A stretch of 64,000 bases of DNA from an uncultured Gammaproteobacteria bacterium (GCA_963714975.1 CAVQQD010000003.1:1-64000); one strand, 5' to 3'. Positions 11,284 to 22,822 are shown, numbered from the stretch's first letter. Numbers and translations: made by a program. Notes: generated from the letters alone by a model not told the origin.

Positions 11284-12789
11284 TTATCTGCCGCGCTTAC
11301 GATAACTGAGTGATTCGCTGATGTGGTCGGGGTGGATGTTGCTGCTGTCCGCCAAGTCAGCGATAGTGCGAGCCACTTTTAAAGTTCGGTGATAGGCGCG
11401 AACAGATAGGCCGAAGCGTTCCATTGCCTGTTCCAATAAAGAGTGGCTTTCAGCTGAAACCTGGCAAAATTTTTCAATTTCTGGGGGTGTCAGTAAAGCA
11501 TTGGCTTTCCCATGATTGCGTTGTTGCTGAACTTCCCGAGCACGGATTACCCTAGTTCGCACCGTGTTGCTGTTTTCAGCAGGGTTTTCCAGCCGATTCG
11601 TTAAAAAGCCTTTTGGTAGCGCGGGCACCTCTACCTGCATATCGAGCCGATCAAGTAAGGGCCCAGAAATTCGACCCACATAACGCTGTACCTTTTCGCT
11701 AGAACAGCGGCAACGGTCTTCGGGGGAAGAAAGATAACCGCAGGGGCAGGGGTTCATGGTGGCAATTAACTGAAACTTCGCTGGAAATTGTACCTGGTGC
11801 GAGGCTCGGGAGATGGTGATGCATCCCGACTCCAGAGGTTCTCGCAATGCTTCGAGCACATTGCGATTAAATTCAGGTAATTCATCCAAGAATAAGATGC
11901 CGTGATGTGCTAGAGAAATTTCTCCAGGGGTGGGTGGGCTGCCGCCCCCTACCAATGCCACGCTAGAAGCTGTATGGTGGGGTGCGCGAAAAGGCCGTTT
12001 GAGCCATTCACTCTCCTGCCAAACTTTGCCGGCAATTGAAATCACTGCAGCGGATTCTATGGCTTCTTGTTCCGTCATCGCTGGTAGTAATCCAGGCAAG
12101 CGGGTCGCCAACATGGTTTTACCGGTACCGGGAGGTCCGATCAACAGCAAATTATGTTGTCCGGCCGCTGCAATTTCTAGGGCACGTTTGGCATGTAATT
12201 GCCCATGGACCTCAGCTAAATCAGGATGAATAGTGGCAGGGAATTGTAAAGCAGAGGCGGGATAGCGGTCCAACAATTTTACCCCCAGCAAATGTCCGCA
12301 AACCTCCAGTAAATGGGCAGCAGGCAATACGCAAAGCTGCTTCGGTAGACTGGCCTCTTGAGCATTCTCAGTGGGAAGAATGAGCTGCCGTTTGGCATCA
12401 CGAGTCGCCAGAGCAAAAGGCAGGGTGCCATGGATCGGGCGCAAATCCCCAGAAAGGGCCAATTCGCCAGCAAATTCATAGGGATAAAGTTGATTGATGG
12501 GCAGTTGCCCAGAAGCGGCTAAGATACCCAGCGCAATCGGCAGGTCAAAGCGCCCTCCATCTTTGGGAAGGTCGGCAGGTGCAAGGTTCACCGTGATGCG
12601 TCGTGCAGGAAAATCAAAATGAGCATTTAATAAGGCACTGCGTACCCGATCCCGACTTTCTTTGACGACAGTCTCTGGTAGACCAACAATCGAAAATCCT
12701 GGCAGACCATTGGAAATGTGTGCTTCGACGGTAACCGCAGGGGCTTGGATACCGTTGCTGGCTCGGCTATGAACGATGGCAAGGGACAT
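11284..12789 (-). CDS. comM: YifB/ComM Mg-chelatase-like ATPase
   Basis: ITVNLAPADLPK, GPPGTGKTM, PFRAPHHTAS, MNPCPCG. Confidence 0.96.
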   Translation of the reverse strand: MSLAIVHSRASNGIQAPAVTVEAHISNGLPGFSIVGLPETVVKESRDRVRSALLNAHFDFPARRITVNLAPADLPKDGGRFDLPIALGILAASGQLPINQLYPYEFAGELALSGDLRPIHGTLPFALATRDAKRQLILPTENAQEASLPKQLCVLPAAHLLEVCGHLLGVKLLDRYPASALQFPATIHPDLAEVHGQLHAKRALEIAAAGQHNLLLIGPPGTGKTMLATRLPGLLPAMTEQEAIESAAVISIAGKVWQESEWLKRPFRAPHHTASSVALVGGGSPPTPGEISLAHHGILFLDELPEFNRNVLEALREPLESGCITISRASHQVQFPAKFQLIATMNPCPCGYLSSPEDRCRCSSEKVQRYVGRISGPLLDRLDMQVEVPALPKGFLTNRLENPAENSNTVRTRVIRAREVQQQRNHGKANALLTPPEIEKFCQVSAESHSLLEQAMERFGLSVRAYHRTLKVARTIADLADSSNIHPDHISESLSYRKRGR

Positions 12790-12790
12790 A

Positions 12791-13036
12791 TTATTTTATT
12801 TTCTTCTCTAAATCCTTTAGTTCTTTTTCGAGCGCATTTAACTTTTCGCGAGTTCGGCGCAAGACGCGTACCTGAGCATCAAATTCATTTTTGGTGACTA
12901 GATTCATTTGGGCAAACGTGCTTTCTAAAATGGCGCGGAAATTTTTTTCCAGGTCCTTGGGAAGTTCTCGTACCCCTGGAGGCAAGGCATTAATGAGTTG
13001 CTGCGCGAGTTTATCGAGTTGCTTAGGGTTCCACAT
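12791..13036 (-). CDS. ubiK: Ubiquinone accessory factor UbiK (YqiC)
   Basis: NLVTKNEFDAQVRVLRRTREKLNALE; usual position upstream of comM. Confidence 0.9.
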   Translation of the reverse strand: MWNPKQLDKLAQQLINALPPGVRELPKDLEKNFRAILESTFAQMNLVTKNEFDAQVRVLRRTREKLNALEKELKDLEKKIK

Positions 13037-13218
13037 AAAGAAAGACTCCTGCTGTTCAAGTTAAGGACAACTGCTAATCATTAGTTTAGGTGAAGAAAAA
13101 TAAAATAGAAACTCGTAGTGTCACTATACCATGGAAATAATTTGACTCCCCTGGCGATTTCCAATACCATAGCGACCTCTTAAGCAGTCTAAACAATCTC
13201 AATCTATTGAGCATTACT

Positions 13219-13353
13219 ATGAAAAGAACATTTCAACCAAGCAATCTTAAGCGCAAGCGTACCCACGGTTTTCGAGCACGTATGGCAACCAAGCAAGGCC
13301 GCCAAGTTTTAGCCAGGAGGCGAGCTAAGGGACGCCATCGTTTAACCCCTTAA
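13219..13353 (+). CDS. rpmH: 50S ribosomal protein L34 (not in ORF track)
   Basis: [44 protein letters not shown]. Confidence 0.98.
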   Translation: MKRTFQPSNLKRKRTHGFRARMATKQGRQVLARRRAKGRHRLTP

Positions 13354-13354
13354 A

Positions 13355-13714
13355 ATGACTGAGAAATTTCCGAAGACGCGTCGGCTCGCCAGCGCGGCTG
13401 AGTTTAAGCAAGTATGGAATAAAGCAAAACGCATTTCTGATCAGTATCTCATTTTAGTCAACTGCAAAAATAACCTGGGTTACCCAAGGCTCGGTCTAAG
13501 CTTAGCGAAGAAAAATATTCGATTAGCCAAAGATCGTAATCAGCTAAAACGCATTGCCCGTGAAACCTTCCGATTACGACAGGCACAGTTGGAAAACGTT
13601 GATGTCATCGTCGTAGTGAAAAAAGGAGCTGATTTACTCACCCGATCTGAACAACATCAACGCTATAATGCTTTATGGAATCGTTTTATTGCCTTGCGCA
13701 ACAAATCCTCTTAA
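13355..13714 (+). CDS. rnpA: RNase P protein component
   Basis: [26 protein letters not shown]; operon position. Confidence 0.95.
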   Translation: MTEKFPKTRRLASAAEFKQVWNKAKRISDQYLILVNCKNNLGYPRLGLSLAKKNIRLAKDRNQLKRIARETFRLRQAQLENVDVIVVVKKGADLLTRSEQHQRYNALWNRFIALRNKSS

Positions 13715-13926
13715 AAGTACTTCTTGCACTTTTGCGGGGTTATTGTTATTTAGTCAGTCCGTGGTTAGGAAATCGGTGCCGCTTTTATCCTAGCTGCTCT
13801 GCCTATGCGCAAGCAGCACTAATCGAACACGGAATTTATCAGGGGATTTGGCTTACGCTGAAGCGCTTGCTCCGTTGCCACCCCTGGCATCCCGGCGGAT
13901 ATGACCCTGTGCCTCCAAAAGAGTAA
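13675..13926 (+). CDS. yidD: Membrane protein insertion efficiency factor
   Basis: [27 protein letters not shown]. Confidence 0.96.
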   Translation: MESFYCLAQQILLKVLLALLRGYCYLVSPWLGNRCRFYPSCSAYAQAALIEHGIYQGIWLTLKRLLRCHPWHPGGYDPVPPKE

Positions 13927-13932
13927 TAAAGT

Positions 13933-15591
13933 ATGAAAGCTATTATGGAATTTCGACAAATCATTCTTTACATTGCTTTAATTGCCGTGGGTTTTGCGCT
14001 TTGGGAAGCTTGGCAAAAAGACTATCCACCGCATGTGGCCAACCTTGCTACCCAGCCCAGCATCCCCGGTGCGGAAAACCTCCCACCTCTTTCAGCTCAG
14101 GGTCAAGCCAGCAACCTGCCACCGGTTACCCACCTGACTGCCCCCACAAAGACCTCGACTTCCGGGCAAATTATTCCTATCCAAACCGACGTCTTTCAGG
14201 CGACAATCGATACCCAAGGGGGCAATATTGTCCAGCTAGCACTGCCTAAATATCCAAAATCTATCGAAACCCCGCAGCAACCGGTGTTATTGTTTAACAG
14301 CGATCCCCTGACCCTCTACCAAGCCCAAAGTGGTTTAATTGGCGAAGCAGGTCCCGACACTCAAGCTGGACAAGCGCTGTTTACCGCAGAAAAGCCACAG
14401 TACACCATGGCGAATAACCAAGACCAATTAGCGGCCCGCCTGCAGTGGACCAGCCCTGCTGGTGTCAAGGTGAGCAAAACGTTTCTTTTTCAACGCGGCA
14501 ACTATGCCATTTCAGTGCAATATCAAATTGAAAATAACTCAAAACAGCCCTGGGCTGGTCAATTGTATGCGCAACTGAAACGCAAGCCTGAGCATACAAG
14601 TAATAGCATTTTTAGCCTTCACACCTTCCAAGGCGCCGCTTATTCGACTACGGAGCAAGCCTATGAAAAACTGAGCTTTGGCAAGATGGATAAGCAAAAC
14701 CTGGATCAGGTGGGGCAAGGGGGCTGGGTTGCCATGCAGCAACGCTATTTCCTCAGCAGCTGGATTCCGCCGCAAGGCCAAACCAGTCACTATTATTCAC
14801 GTACCTCACCTAATCAAGAATATTCCATTGGCTATGTTGGGCCGGTAATTCACGTCGCTCCGGGGAGCAGCGCTACGGCCAATGCCATGTTGTATGCCGG
14901 ACCCGAAGTCACTGATACTTTAAAAAATTTAGCCCCCCGTCTCGATCTGACGATTGACTATGGTTGGTTATGGCCGATTTCGAAAGCTATTTTTTGGGTG
15001 ATGAAGACTATCTATAACTTTGTTGGCAATTGGGGCTGGGCCATTGTGCTAGTGACTTTGTTAATCAAAATCATTTTTTACAAACTCTCGGAAACTAGTT
15101 ATCGCTCGATGGCCAGGATTCGCAAACTAACGCCGAAAATTGAAGCAATCAAAGATCGTTATGGCAATGACCGGCAGAAAATGAGCCAAGCCACCATGGA
15201 AATGTACAAAAAAGAAAAGGTCAATCCGCTCAGCGGCTGTTTGCCGATCTTAATTCAAATTCCATTTTTCATTGCTTTATATTATGTGTTAATCGAAAGC
15301 GTGGAACTACGCCAAGCCCCCTTTATTTTTTGGATCCAAGATTTATCGTCGCGTGACCCTTATTTCGTCTTACCCGTGTTGATGGGAATCAGTATGTTTT
15401 TACAACAGCGGCTCAATCCTCCGCCACCTGATCCGATGCAGGCCAAATTAATGATGTTTTTGCCAGTCGTGTTTACTGCTTTTTTCATCGCTTTCCCTGC
15501 TGGTCTGGTTTTATATTGGTTAGTTAATAATTGCTTAAGTGCTTTGCAACAATGGTACATCAACCGACAGATCGAACGATCGCGGCCATAG
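13933..15591 (+). CDS. yidC: Membrane protein insertase YidC
   Basis: [30 protein letters not shown]. Confidence 0.98.
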   Translation: MKAIMEFRQIILYIALIAVGFALWEAWQKDYPPHVANLATQPSIPGAENLPPLSAQGQASNLPPVTHLTAPTKTSTSGQIIPIQTDVFQATIDTQGGNIVQLALPKYPKSIETPQQPVLLFNSDPLTLYQAQSGLIGEAGPDTQAGQALFTAEKPQYTMANNQDQLAARLQWTSPAGVKVSKTFLFQRGNYAISVQYQIENNSKQPWAGQLYAQLKRKPEHTSNSIFSLHTFQGAAYSTTEQAYEKLSFGKMDKQNLDQVGQGGWVAMQQRYFLSSWIPPQGQTSHYYSRTSPNQEYSIGYVGPVIHVAPGSSATANAMLYAGPEVTDTLKNLAPRLDLTIDYGWLWPISKAIFWVMKTIYNFVGNWGWAIVLVTLLIKIIFYKLSETSYRSMARIRKLTPKIEAIKDRYGNDRQKMSQATMEMYKKEKVNPLSGCLPILIQIPFFIALYYVLIESVELRQAPFIFWIQDLSSRDPYFVLPVLMGISMFLQQRLNPPPPDPMQAKLMMFLPVVFTAFFIAFPAGLVLYWLVNNCLSALQQWYINRQIERSRP

Positions 15592-16898
15592 CCACCCCCC
15601 AGGGCCGTGGCGGGATTGGAATTATTCGGATTTCCGGGGCCAAGGTCAGCGCAATTGCCACGGCTTTGTTGGGAAAGCTGCCTCCGCCACGTTATGCGCA
15701 TCACAGCCGTTTTGTCGGCGAGGATGGTACGGCGATTGATGAGGGCCTCGTCCTTTACTTTCCAGCCCCGCATTCTTTTACCGGTGAAGACGTGTTGGAA
15801 TTACAGGGCCACGGTGGACCGATTATTCTCGATGCCCTATTAAAACGCGCTGTCATGTTGGGAGCTGAGTTGGCGCGCCCCGGAGAATTTTCCGAGCGCG
15901 CTTTTCTCAATGGGAAAATGGATTTAGCGCAGGCTGAAGCGGTAGCAGATTTAATTGATGCCGCTTCATTACAAGCGGCGCAATCGGCTTTGCGCTCTTT
16001 ACAAGGAGAATTTTCCGCGCGGATTGTTCAGCTAGTGGCTGAATTAACGCAGCTACGCATGGTGGTGGAGGCCGCGATTGATTTTCCCGAAGAGGAAGTC
16101 GACTTTCTAGCGGATTCCGTATTGCTGCTGCGTGTAGAAAACGTGTTGGCACAGTTACATGACATCACTGCCAATGCGCAACAGGGCGTACTGCTGCGTG
16201 AAGGTGCGACCATAGTGCTGGCGGGTTGCCCCAATGTGGGAAAATCGAGCTTGCTAAATCGGCTCAGTGGAGAAGAAACTGCTATTGTCACTGAAATTCC
16301 TGGTACTACTCGCGATCTCCTGAAGACCCAGATTCAAATTGATGGGTTACCCTTGCATATTATCGATACTGCTGGATTGCGTGACAGTGCCGATGTGGTG
16401 GAGCAAGAGGGGATTAGGCGGGCACAACAAGCCATCAATAATGCAGATTTGGTATTGCTACTCCTGGCGCCAGAATCGCCAATTCCTATTTTTTCTCAGC
16501 CTGTGCCAGCGCAGAAATTAATTCGCATCCTGAATAAAATTGATTTGATAGACCAGCTACCCCAAGTCACTGAACATCCAGACGGGCATTGGGAAATAGC
16601 CATTTCTGCCAAAACCGGTGCTGGCATCGATTTATTGCGCCAACATTTAAAAATGCGAGTGGGTTATCAAAACCACGGTGAAGGAATTTTTAGTGCCCGC
16701 CGTCGTCATTTACAGGCTTTGGAAACGGCGGGCAAGCATATGCAACAAGGGCTGCAACAGCTGCAAGAATATCAGGCCGGTGAATTACTTGCCGAAGAAT
16801 TACGCTTAGCCCAAAATGCTTTAGCCGAAATCACCGGCCAATTTTTGCCCGACGATTTGCTGGCGAAAATTTTTAGCGAGTTTTGTATTGGAAAGTAA
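15552..16898 (+). CDS. mnmE: tRNA modification GTPase
   Basis: [41 protein letters not shown]. Confidence 0.98.
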   Translation: MVHQPTDRTIAAIATPQGRGGIGIIRISGAKVSAIATALLGKLPPPRYAHHSRFVGEDGTAIDEGLVLYFPAPHSFTGEDVLELQGHGGPIILDALLKRAVMLGAELARPGEFSERAFLNGKMDLAQAEAVADLIDAASLQAAQSALRSLQGEFSARIVQLVAELTQLRMVVEAAIDFPEEEVDFLADSVLLLRVENVLAQLHDITANAQQGVLLREGATIVLAGCPNVGKSSLLNRLSGEETAIVTEIPGTTRDLLKTQIQIDGLPLHIIDTAGLRDSADVVEQEGIRRAQQAINNADLVLLLLAPESPIPIFSQPVPAQKLIRILNKIDLIDQLPQVTEHPDGHWEIAISAKTGAGIDLLRQHLKMRVGYQNHGEGIFSARRRHLQALETAGKHMQQGLQQLQEYQAGELLAEELRLAQNALAEITGQFLPDDLLAKIFSEFCIGK

Positions 16899-16928
16899 TC
16901 TGCTGCTTTGGAGGAGCCTCAAAGTGGA

Positions 16929-16994
16929 TCCCTTCTCCCAACCCCCTTTTCCTAAAGGGGGTTGGGAGAAGGTGGCCGAAGGCCGGATGAGGGT
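16929..16994. repeat. Family B palindrome with an internal family C hairpin
   Basis: ccttctccca-accccctttt cctaaagggggt-tgggagaagg tggccgaaggccggatgagggt. Confidence 0.8.
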
Positions 16995-17092
16995 GCCTCA
17001 GTTGGCTTTTAATAGGGTAATAGGCTTTGCCCGATTATTGCTAATCAATAAGCTTGTTCGGCTTAGTTAATTTTTTATTTTCAATGTTAATT

Positions 17093-17329
17093 CTACGACC
17101 AATTTTTTTTAATGTCTTCAGCAGGGGGTAATTTTTCAGGGTAAATGCTCTGCTCAGTAAGCAATTGGCGCACATCATTATTTTTCACGTGCTCTTGAGT
17201 TATTCTCTGTTCACCCTGTAACTGATCCCTCTGGACGTTAAAAGCAGTAATTTCATTAGCAAAATCTTTCGCCTTCACTGTGATAGTTGGTAAAAAATCT
17301 GCCAAAGTACGATTATTGGGGATGTTCAA
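17093..17329 (-). pseudogene. C-terminal remnant of a DinD/BRO-family protein
   Basis: LADFLPTITVKAKDFANEIT..ITQEHVKNN..PEKLPPAEDIKK with no N-terminal domain. Confidence 0.6.
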
Positions 17330-17516
17330 CTTCGATCTCTCTCAAACTACTTGAACCTATAGGGACCATTTTGTTGACGTCAACAAAATGGTTAATGTTA
17401 CAAATAGTGGAACGAAATTCACCCTTGTTTCTCATGACAATTTGCTATAAACTTCGCAACCAATATATAAATTATTTCTAGGATTTTCCCAGATTAAACA
17501 AAACTTAGGAGAGAAT

Positions 17517-18335
17517 ATGGCCAATCAATCTGATGAACCAAAGGTTCAAAACAAGGATGAAGCAGAAAATCCATCGTCTTCTCCATTCTGGACCACCACC
17601 AACAAAAGACGTCTGGTTTACGTGAGCATTTTAACTGCTGTAGTGGTGCCAACCCTTTATTTCGAGCTAATTGATAGCCCTTATAACATTTCAGCAGAAA
17701 CCTGGAAGTTTATCTGCAATAATCCCCTAATTTTTGCTGCAATGCTTGCTTTAGCACTTTGGGAGTTGAGAATTCTTTATAAAAGCTTGGTGAGTGATAG
17801 CGAACTGAAACCAGAGTCTCTCGAAATTGTGGAAGAGCACAAGGAAGGGCAACTAACAGAGGAAAAGAAACAGTCTAATTCAGAGAAAGCAAAACAACTT
17901 AATCAGGATCTTGCGTTAAACATAGCTGCGGTCACGGTCACTTTTGGTGGTGTTATTACCATGATCGGATTAATGAATAAACATCCAGAAATAATTGATC
18001 TGGCTTTAGATAACTGGATACTTTTGCTAGGCACGGCCTTAATTGCCGTGGCTTATTTTGGCTACAGAACCCATTTAATGGCTAAAAATGCTGAAGAAAA
18101 AGATAAGGTTACTCCCCTGGCTGAACCAAAATTTGCAGCACAACACGCTGTGATTGGTGGAGTTGGCTTGGTGATTGGCTGTAATTTTATCTGGCAAAAT
18201 CCAAGCTCCTTGGATACCGCGGGCCTTGCAATGGCGCTGGGCATTATAGCTTATACAGGGATAGTAATTGCTCTATCTTACTTAAGGCCTTCTGCAGAAA
18301 AAACTCAACCTGACCCCCCTGCAAATGCAATCTAA
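17517..18335 (+). CDS. Multi-hairpin membrane protein, candidate effector
   Basis: Three pairs of hydrophobic helices; motifs shared with 23707..24759; RBS aggag. Confidence 0.7.
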   Translation: MANQSDEPKVQNKDEAENPSSSPFWTTTNKRRLVYVSILTAVVVPTLYFELIDSPYNISAETWKFICNNPLIFAAMLALALWELRILYKSLVSDSELKPESLEIVEEHKEGQLTEEKKQSNSEKAKQLNQDLALNIAAVTVTFGGVITMIGLMNKHPEIIDLALDNWILLLGTALIAVAYFGYRTHLMAKNAEEKDKVTPLAEPKFAAQHAVIGGVGLVIGCNFIWQNPSSLDTAGLAMALGIIAYTGIVIALSYLRPSAEKTQPDPPANAI

Positions 18336-18350
18336 CGAGGAGAAAATTTT

Positions 18351-19277
18351 ATGGCAGGCAACTTCCCAGAACGACCAACCTCTCTTGCAGGGGATAATTC
18401 TTCCACAAGGGAGCGCTCTTACTTGTGGCTTGAGGGGAACACTGACCCTGGGGAAAAAGGTGTGATATTAGCACAGACAAAAAGAGCGATAGGTTGGGCT
18501 ACTTTTATCTTGCTCAGTGCAGGAACAGCTACAGCTCTTGAGCTGACTATTCCGGACCAGTTTAATGCTTTCCTGCTCAATCAATATGTGGCGGTGGCAG
18601 CATTCTTGGCACTTGCCATATATCTAACACACCGGGGAATTAAAAGATGGCAAGAAAAACAGAATGATTCCAATACATTGAAGGATACAGAATGGCTATT
18701 AGAGGAATGTTCTGAACCAAATCCTCATACCTTGGCAAACAAGGCTCAACTATTCTGGAAGGTACACCATCGTCCCCTCACGGCAGTGGCTATATTAGCT
18801 CTCTTAGGTGGGGCGGCCACTTTCAGCTATTTTTTAGGAACCAATGAAAACTTGAGAACCGATACTGTGGAATGGCTGCAGCAAAATGCCCCATTGATAG
18901 TCGCCTTTGGCTTATTATTGCTGCTTAAGAACTGGTATGAAAATAAGTTGGCACTTAAATACAATGGTACTCCGCCTGAGCTTGAGACTGAAGATACCGA
19001 ACCAAGCCTTTACAAGCAGCCGCTACCGCAGCCGCTACCCTACAGAGGTTTCCTCCGTGCACAAGGCCCATGGCTTTTAGGGGGAGGATTGTTGGTTGCA
19101 GGGCATCTCGCTTATCAATACCCGGCAGAGACCGCATCATTATTTACGGAACCTAGTCCATTTGTGGGCATAGCGATTGTCCTTGTACTATCTGGCCTGC
19201 TAGCGCTAGCAATTCGAGAAAAATATCAGGAGTTGAATTCCGATAGCCCTGCAAGTACTAACTCTTCACAACAATAA
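18351..19277 (+). CDS. Multi-hairpin membrane protein, candidate effector
   Basis: Same 3x2-TM layout; QNAPLIVAFGLLLLLK matches QNGPLVLGFSLLLVIK of the next gene. Confidence 0.7.
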   Translation: MAGNFPERPTSLAGDNSSTRERSYLWLEGNTDPGEKGVILAQTKRAIGWATFILLSAGTATALELTIPDQFNAFLLNQYVAVAAFLALAIYLTHRGIKRWQEKQNDSNTLKDTEWLLEECSEPNPHTLANKAQLFWKVHHRPLTAVAILALLGGAATFSYFLGTNENLRTDTVEWLQQNAPLIVAFGLLLLLKNWYENKLALKYNGTPPELETEDTEPSLYKQPLPQPLPYRGFLRAQGPWLLGGGLLVAGHLAYQYPAETASLFTEPSPFVGIAIVLVLSGLLALAIREKYQELNSDSPASTNSSQQ

Positions 19278-19295
19278 TTTGTTCAGAGGAAAAGT

Positions 19296-20201
19296 ATGCC
19301 CAAAAAACGAAAACCCTCAAAATACTCCGATTCATTCAGTGGATACAGCGAGAATGAGCTGGCGCCTGAAAGCCACTTGAAGAAAAAAATGGCGGTTGCG
19401 GCCGGTGGTGTTGTCGTGGCTGGCGGAGTAATTGCGGCTCTGGAATTTTTCGCGTCAGAAAAAATGCAATGGCTCAACGATTATTTTTTTTATGAAAATG
19501 CCTTGCTCGTTTTATTTTTAGCGCTTTTAGCCCATTCTCTCTGGAATATCATCAAGAAAAGCGAACCAAAGTTTCACGAGGACGAGAAAGCCGAAACATC
19601 AGCTTGTCTATCAGACGTTATCTGTAATAAAAATTCCGGCTCAAACTTCTTAAAACTTCTTGCCTGGGGAGCAATAGCAGTAGTAGCGACCTTTGAAGTG
19701 ACCAATCCTGTTTGTAGCACGGAAGATTGGTTCGAACTCATGAAACAAAATGGTCCATTGGTTTTAGGATTTTCATTATTGTTAGTAATCAAACATGGGG
19801 TTGATAGCTATTTAGAGAAAAAATTTCAGCTGGAGTTGGGCAAGAAGTTAGAAACTTTAGAGCAAAACGAGCAAGAATTCCCCAATAACAATTTCCCGAA
19901 AAATCCTTACGGTGACACTTTCGACCAATCTTCGTCTGAGCCGAAGATGAAACCGCCCAGTTTCAATAAAGCTTTTGGAGAAGAAGCAATCTGGATCGCG
20001 AGTACAGGGTTATTTTTAATCGCGGCTCGTGTCTGGCACGATCCTCAGCAAATGCTGCAGATGTTTGAGAATCCTTTAGCTTGTGTTGGTATAGGAGCGA
20101 TCGCAGTCGCATTTATACTGTCCTTATACCCGAAGCTTAAGTCACCTGTCATCGTTGAAGAAACAAGTGTGTATGCAGAATGGGGAACTGGTAGAAAATA
20201 A
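19296..20201 (+). CDS. Multi-hairpin membrane protein, candidate effector
   Basis: Paralog of the previous ORF, directly upstream of icmW. Confidence 0.7.
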   Translation: MPKKRKPSKYSDSFSGYSENELAPESHLKKKMAVAAGGVVVAGGVIAALEFFASEKMQWLNDYFFYENALLVLFLALLAHSLWNIIKKSEPKFHEDEKAETSACLSDVICNKNSGSNFLKLLAWGAIAVVATFEVTNPVCSTEDWFELMKQNGPLVLGFSLLLVIKHGVDSYLEKKFQLELGKKLETLEQNEQEFPNNNFPKNPYGDTFDQSSSEPKMKPPSFNKAFGEEAIWIASTGLFLIAARVWHDPQQMLQMFENPLACVGIGAIAVAFILSLYPKLKSPVIVEETSVYAEWGTGRK

Positions 20202-20264
20202 CACAATCCAAAGGGATTCTTTTGTGGTATAATAGGGCACTTTCATTCGGAGCTCTTACAAGCC

Positions 20265-20711
20265 ATGCCTGATTTAAGTCTGGGGGCCTGCCACAATTTT
20301 TGGCATAACTACCAGGACCCTATTATCTATCGCGTTGTCACCTTTATGGAAGGGGTTGAAGATTGGACCTTAGATGACGATCCAACTCTTGAAGAAGCGA
20401 TGAACCAGCTGGGGCAAGCGCTCGAAGATATTGGGGGAATTGATCTCCAACAGGAAGACAAATTTATTAAGCTTGCTGCTTATATCAAAGCCAGCCGAAA
20501 TTTACGCCTACTCCAATGCTTGGATACGGCTCACCCAGGTGCGGCATCCAAATTGTTGATGCACGCCGAGACTGTTAGCACTTCGAGTGAAGATGTTGCA
20601 GGACTTTTTCTCCGTAGGAACATTGTTTTTGAGCGACTACGCTTATTAACCCGCGTTTTTGCTCCCGATAGACTTAGTTTAGTCATTAAGGTATTGGAGG
20701 ATAAAGAATGA
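20265..20711 (+). CDS. icmW: Dot/Icm T4BSS adaptor IcmW
   Basis: MPDLS..DPIIYRVVTFMEGVEDWTLD..HPGAASKLLMHAE..FLRRNIVFERLRLL, recognisably Legionella/Coxiella IcmW. Confidence 0.96.
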   Translation: MPDLSLGACHNFWHNYQDPIIYRVVTFMEGVEDWTLDDDPTLEEAMNQLGQALEDIGGIDLQQEDKFIKLAAYIKASRNLRLLQCLDTAHPGAASKLLMHAETVSTSSEDVAGLFLRRNIVFERLRLLTRVFAPDRLSLVIKVLEDKE

Positions 20712-21028
20712 AACTAGCCATTTTTAGTGTATTAATGATATTTGCTGTGTCCGGTTATGCCGCACTTGATTGTGAAAGCGAAGAATATTCTTACAATAAA
20801 ACCGTCAAGGAATTGTGTGAGCAACAAAACGAGAAATTAGCAGCGAAAAAAAAGCAAAGCCTAGAGCGTTTTAATGAGCGACTGCAAAATCGCCCCCTGC
20901 AAGGGATTCTGAATCCTAGTCAACCCTCGACCCAACCCGTAACCACACCCGCAGCTCCTGCTGTTTCCAGCACACCTTCGCAAACACCACCCGCAGCACC
21001 TTCGGGAAATAGTACGAAATATTATTAA
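20708..21028 (+). CDS. Small exported protein between icmW and icmX
   Basis: Signal peptide, two Cys, P/S/T-rich tail; overlaps icmW stop. Confidence 0.7.
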   Translation: MKLAIFSVLMIFAVSGYAALDCESEEYSYNKTVKELCEQQNEKLAAKKKQSLERFNERLQNRPLQGILNPSQPSTQPVTTPAAPAVSSTPSQTPPAAPSGNSTKYY

Positions 21029-21047
21029 TCGAATCGAGGTATGTCTT

Positions 21048-22094
21048 ATGAAAAAATTTAGCCTACGTTTAGTACTCCCGACTTTGGCGCTCAGTCTTGC
21101 CACATTTTCATTTTCTGCTTATGCCCAAGCACCGATAGCTCCAGGGGGTGGCGGCGGTATAGGCCAGGGTATTGTAGAAGCCATTAATAAATTGCGAGAA
21201 TCCTTGGTGGATTGGTTGAATTCAGCTCGCGATACTCTGCTCGATAAATTATATGAAGAAAACGCCAGCTACCCGGCCACGGTGACGGGTAATACTACCT
21301 TAGCTGAGTATGCTGCCACTCTAAAAGATATGATCAACGAAAAAATCATGCCCGAAATCAAAGAAGAGCTCACTCAAGTAAACAGGTCTTCAAATCAACG
21401 CGTACTGTCCGCAATTCCTGCCAGTGATAGTTTTGAAAAATCCACTACTAGTGGTGTGGCCTCTCTGTTTGGCGGCAATGAAAAAGAAAAAAAACCACCC
21501 AGCGGCGATAACAATTTTAATGCGGGTTCATTGTTAGCTGGAACGGTGTACGATGAGCAAGAAGAGAGAGCAGCGAATCGCTATCTTGAGTTTCTCTCGG
21601 AGGCAACCCTGCCTTTAACCTCAATCAATATTTCTGACTTAACTGATGCCCAAAAAGCTAAAATCGACACTGTGCCTGCTGGCAGAGAGTGGCGTTTGAC
21701 GGTCCGAGGACGTCTGGCGCAATACACGATGGCTAAAGATAATTTATTGCGCCTGTATAATGAACGCATTTCCCAACCCGAATTGGGCGAAAAGGCCGGA
21801 ATTCCAGAATTAAAGAACGCCAGTCTGCTGCAATTGGAAGAATATTTAGCCACTCGCCGGGTGAAAGATAAGTCTTGGTATGCCATTATGGCTGAATCTC
21901 CACCTGCCACGCTGTTACGTGAGCTGGTCTATGAGAATGCTGAGCTCAATCATCATATTTTCCAATTGCGGATGGAAAACCAAAGGATTGTGGCTTTACT
22001 TTCAGTGCTAGTGTTGCAAAATATTCAAGCCAATAAACAGCTAGGAGCTGGCGTGGAACAGCAATTGAAAGCGCAGTTAAATGCTGTTAGGTAA
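21048..22094 (+). CDS. icmX: Dot/Icm periplasmic protein IcmX
   Basis: Signal peptide; SLLQLEEYLATRR..WY..SPPATLLRELVYENAELNHHIFQLRMENQRI C-terminal pattern; follows icmW. Confidence 0.8.
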   Translation: MKKFSLRLVLPTLALSLATFSFSAYAQAPIAPGGGGGIGQGIVEAINKLRESLVDWLNSARDTLLDKLYEENASYPATVTGNTTLAEYAATLKDMINEKIMPEIKEELTQVNRSSNQRVLSAIPASDSFEKSTTSGVASLFGGNEKEKKPPSGDNNFNAGSLLAGTVYDEQEERAANRYLEFLSEATLPLTSINISDLTDAQKAKIDTVPAGREWRLTVRGRLAQYTMAKDNLLRLYNERISQPELGEKAGIPELKNASLLQLEEYLATRRVKDKSWYAIMAESPPATLLRELVYENAELNHHIFQLRMENQRIVALLSVLVLQNIQANKQLGAGVEQQLKAQLNAVR

Positions 22095-22822
22095 TGGCGG
22101 TCCTAATCACCCGCCCCGCTCACCAAGCTGGTAATCTCCGTGCTGAATTAGCCCGGCGGGGGATGAAATATCTGCTGTTTCCTACGCTTGAAATTGCTCC
22201 ATTGCCTGTCGAAGCATGGAACCAAAGTTTATTCACCTTTCCGACAGTGCAAAAAATTATTTTTGTCAGCGCCAATGCTGTGGCCCCACTCCTGCCATTT
22301 CGTGAATTCCTACTCAAAGCAACTCAAATATTCGCCATTGGGCCAGGTACAGGAAGAACTTTGCAAGACTATAATATCCAGGCCCGCACGCCGGCCTTGG
22401 GACAATTTCACAGTGAAGGATTGCTGAGTTTGCCAGAACTCCAACTGGTTGCGGGTGAAAATATTATTATTTTTTCTGGAGAGGGGGGGCGAACTTTATT
22501 GGCAGAAGTTTTAGCCCAACGCGGCGCTCTGCTGCGGAAAATTGCTGTTTATCAGCGAATTTGCCCCGAGCTTCCCCTTAGCACGTTACATCAATGGCAA
22601 AACGGCCTAATTCACTGTATTATCTCCACCAGTACGGAAAGCTTGCAAAATTTATATCAAATGGTGGGAGTAGAAGGCAGGTCGTGGTTATGCCAACAAC
22701 GATTGTTGGTGGTTAGTGAAGCGATGACGCTGCTCGCGCAAGCCTTGGGTTTTAGGCAAAAATCTATTCTTGCGGAAAATGCGAGTGATGGCGCTATTCT
22801 TGCGGCGCTTATGAAAAATTAG
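22094..22822 (+). CDS. hemD: Uroporphyrinogen-III synthase
   Basis: VLITRP, IFVSANAV, AIGPGT, SEGLL, GEGGRTLL, VYQR. Confidence 0.93.
   Translation: MAVLITRPAHQAGNLRAELARRGMKYLLFPTLEIAPLPVEAWNQSLFTFPTVQKIIFVSANAVAPLLPFREFLLKATQIFAIGPGTGRTLQDYNIQARTPALGQFHSEGLLSLPELQLVAGENIIIFSGEGGRTLLAEVLAQRGALLRKIAVYQRICPELPLSTLHQWQNGLIHCIISTSTESLQNLYQMVGVEGRSWLCQQRLLVVSEAMTLLAQALGFRQKSILAENASDGAILAALMKN

Noticed and set aside
17287-17481. 64-aa ORF upstream of the membrane protein trio
   Set aside because: Overlaps the DinD remnant and an AT-rich promoter region; no support for coding.
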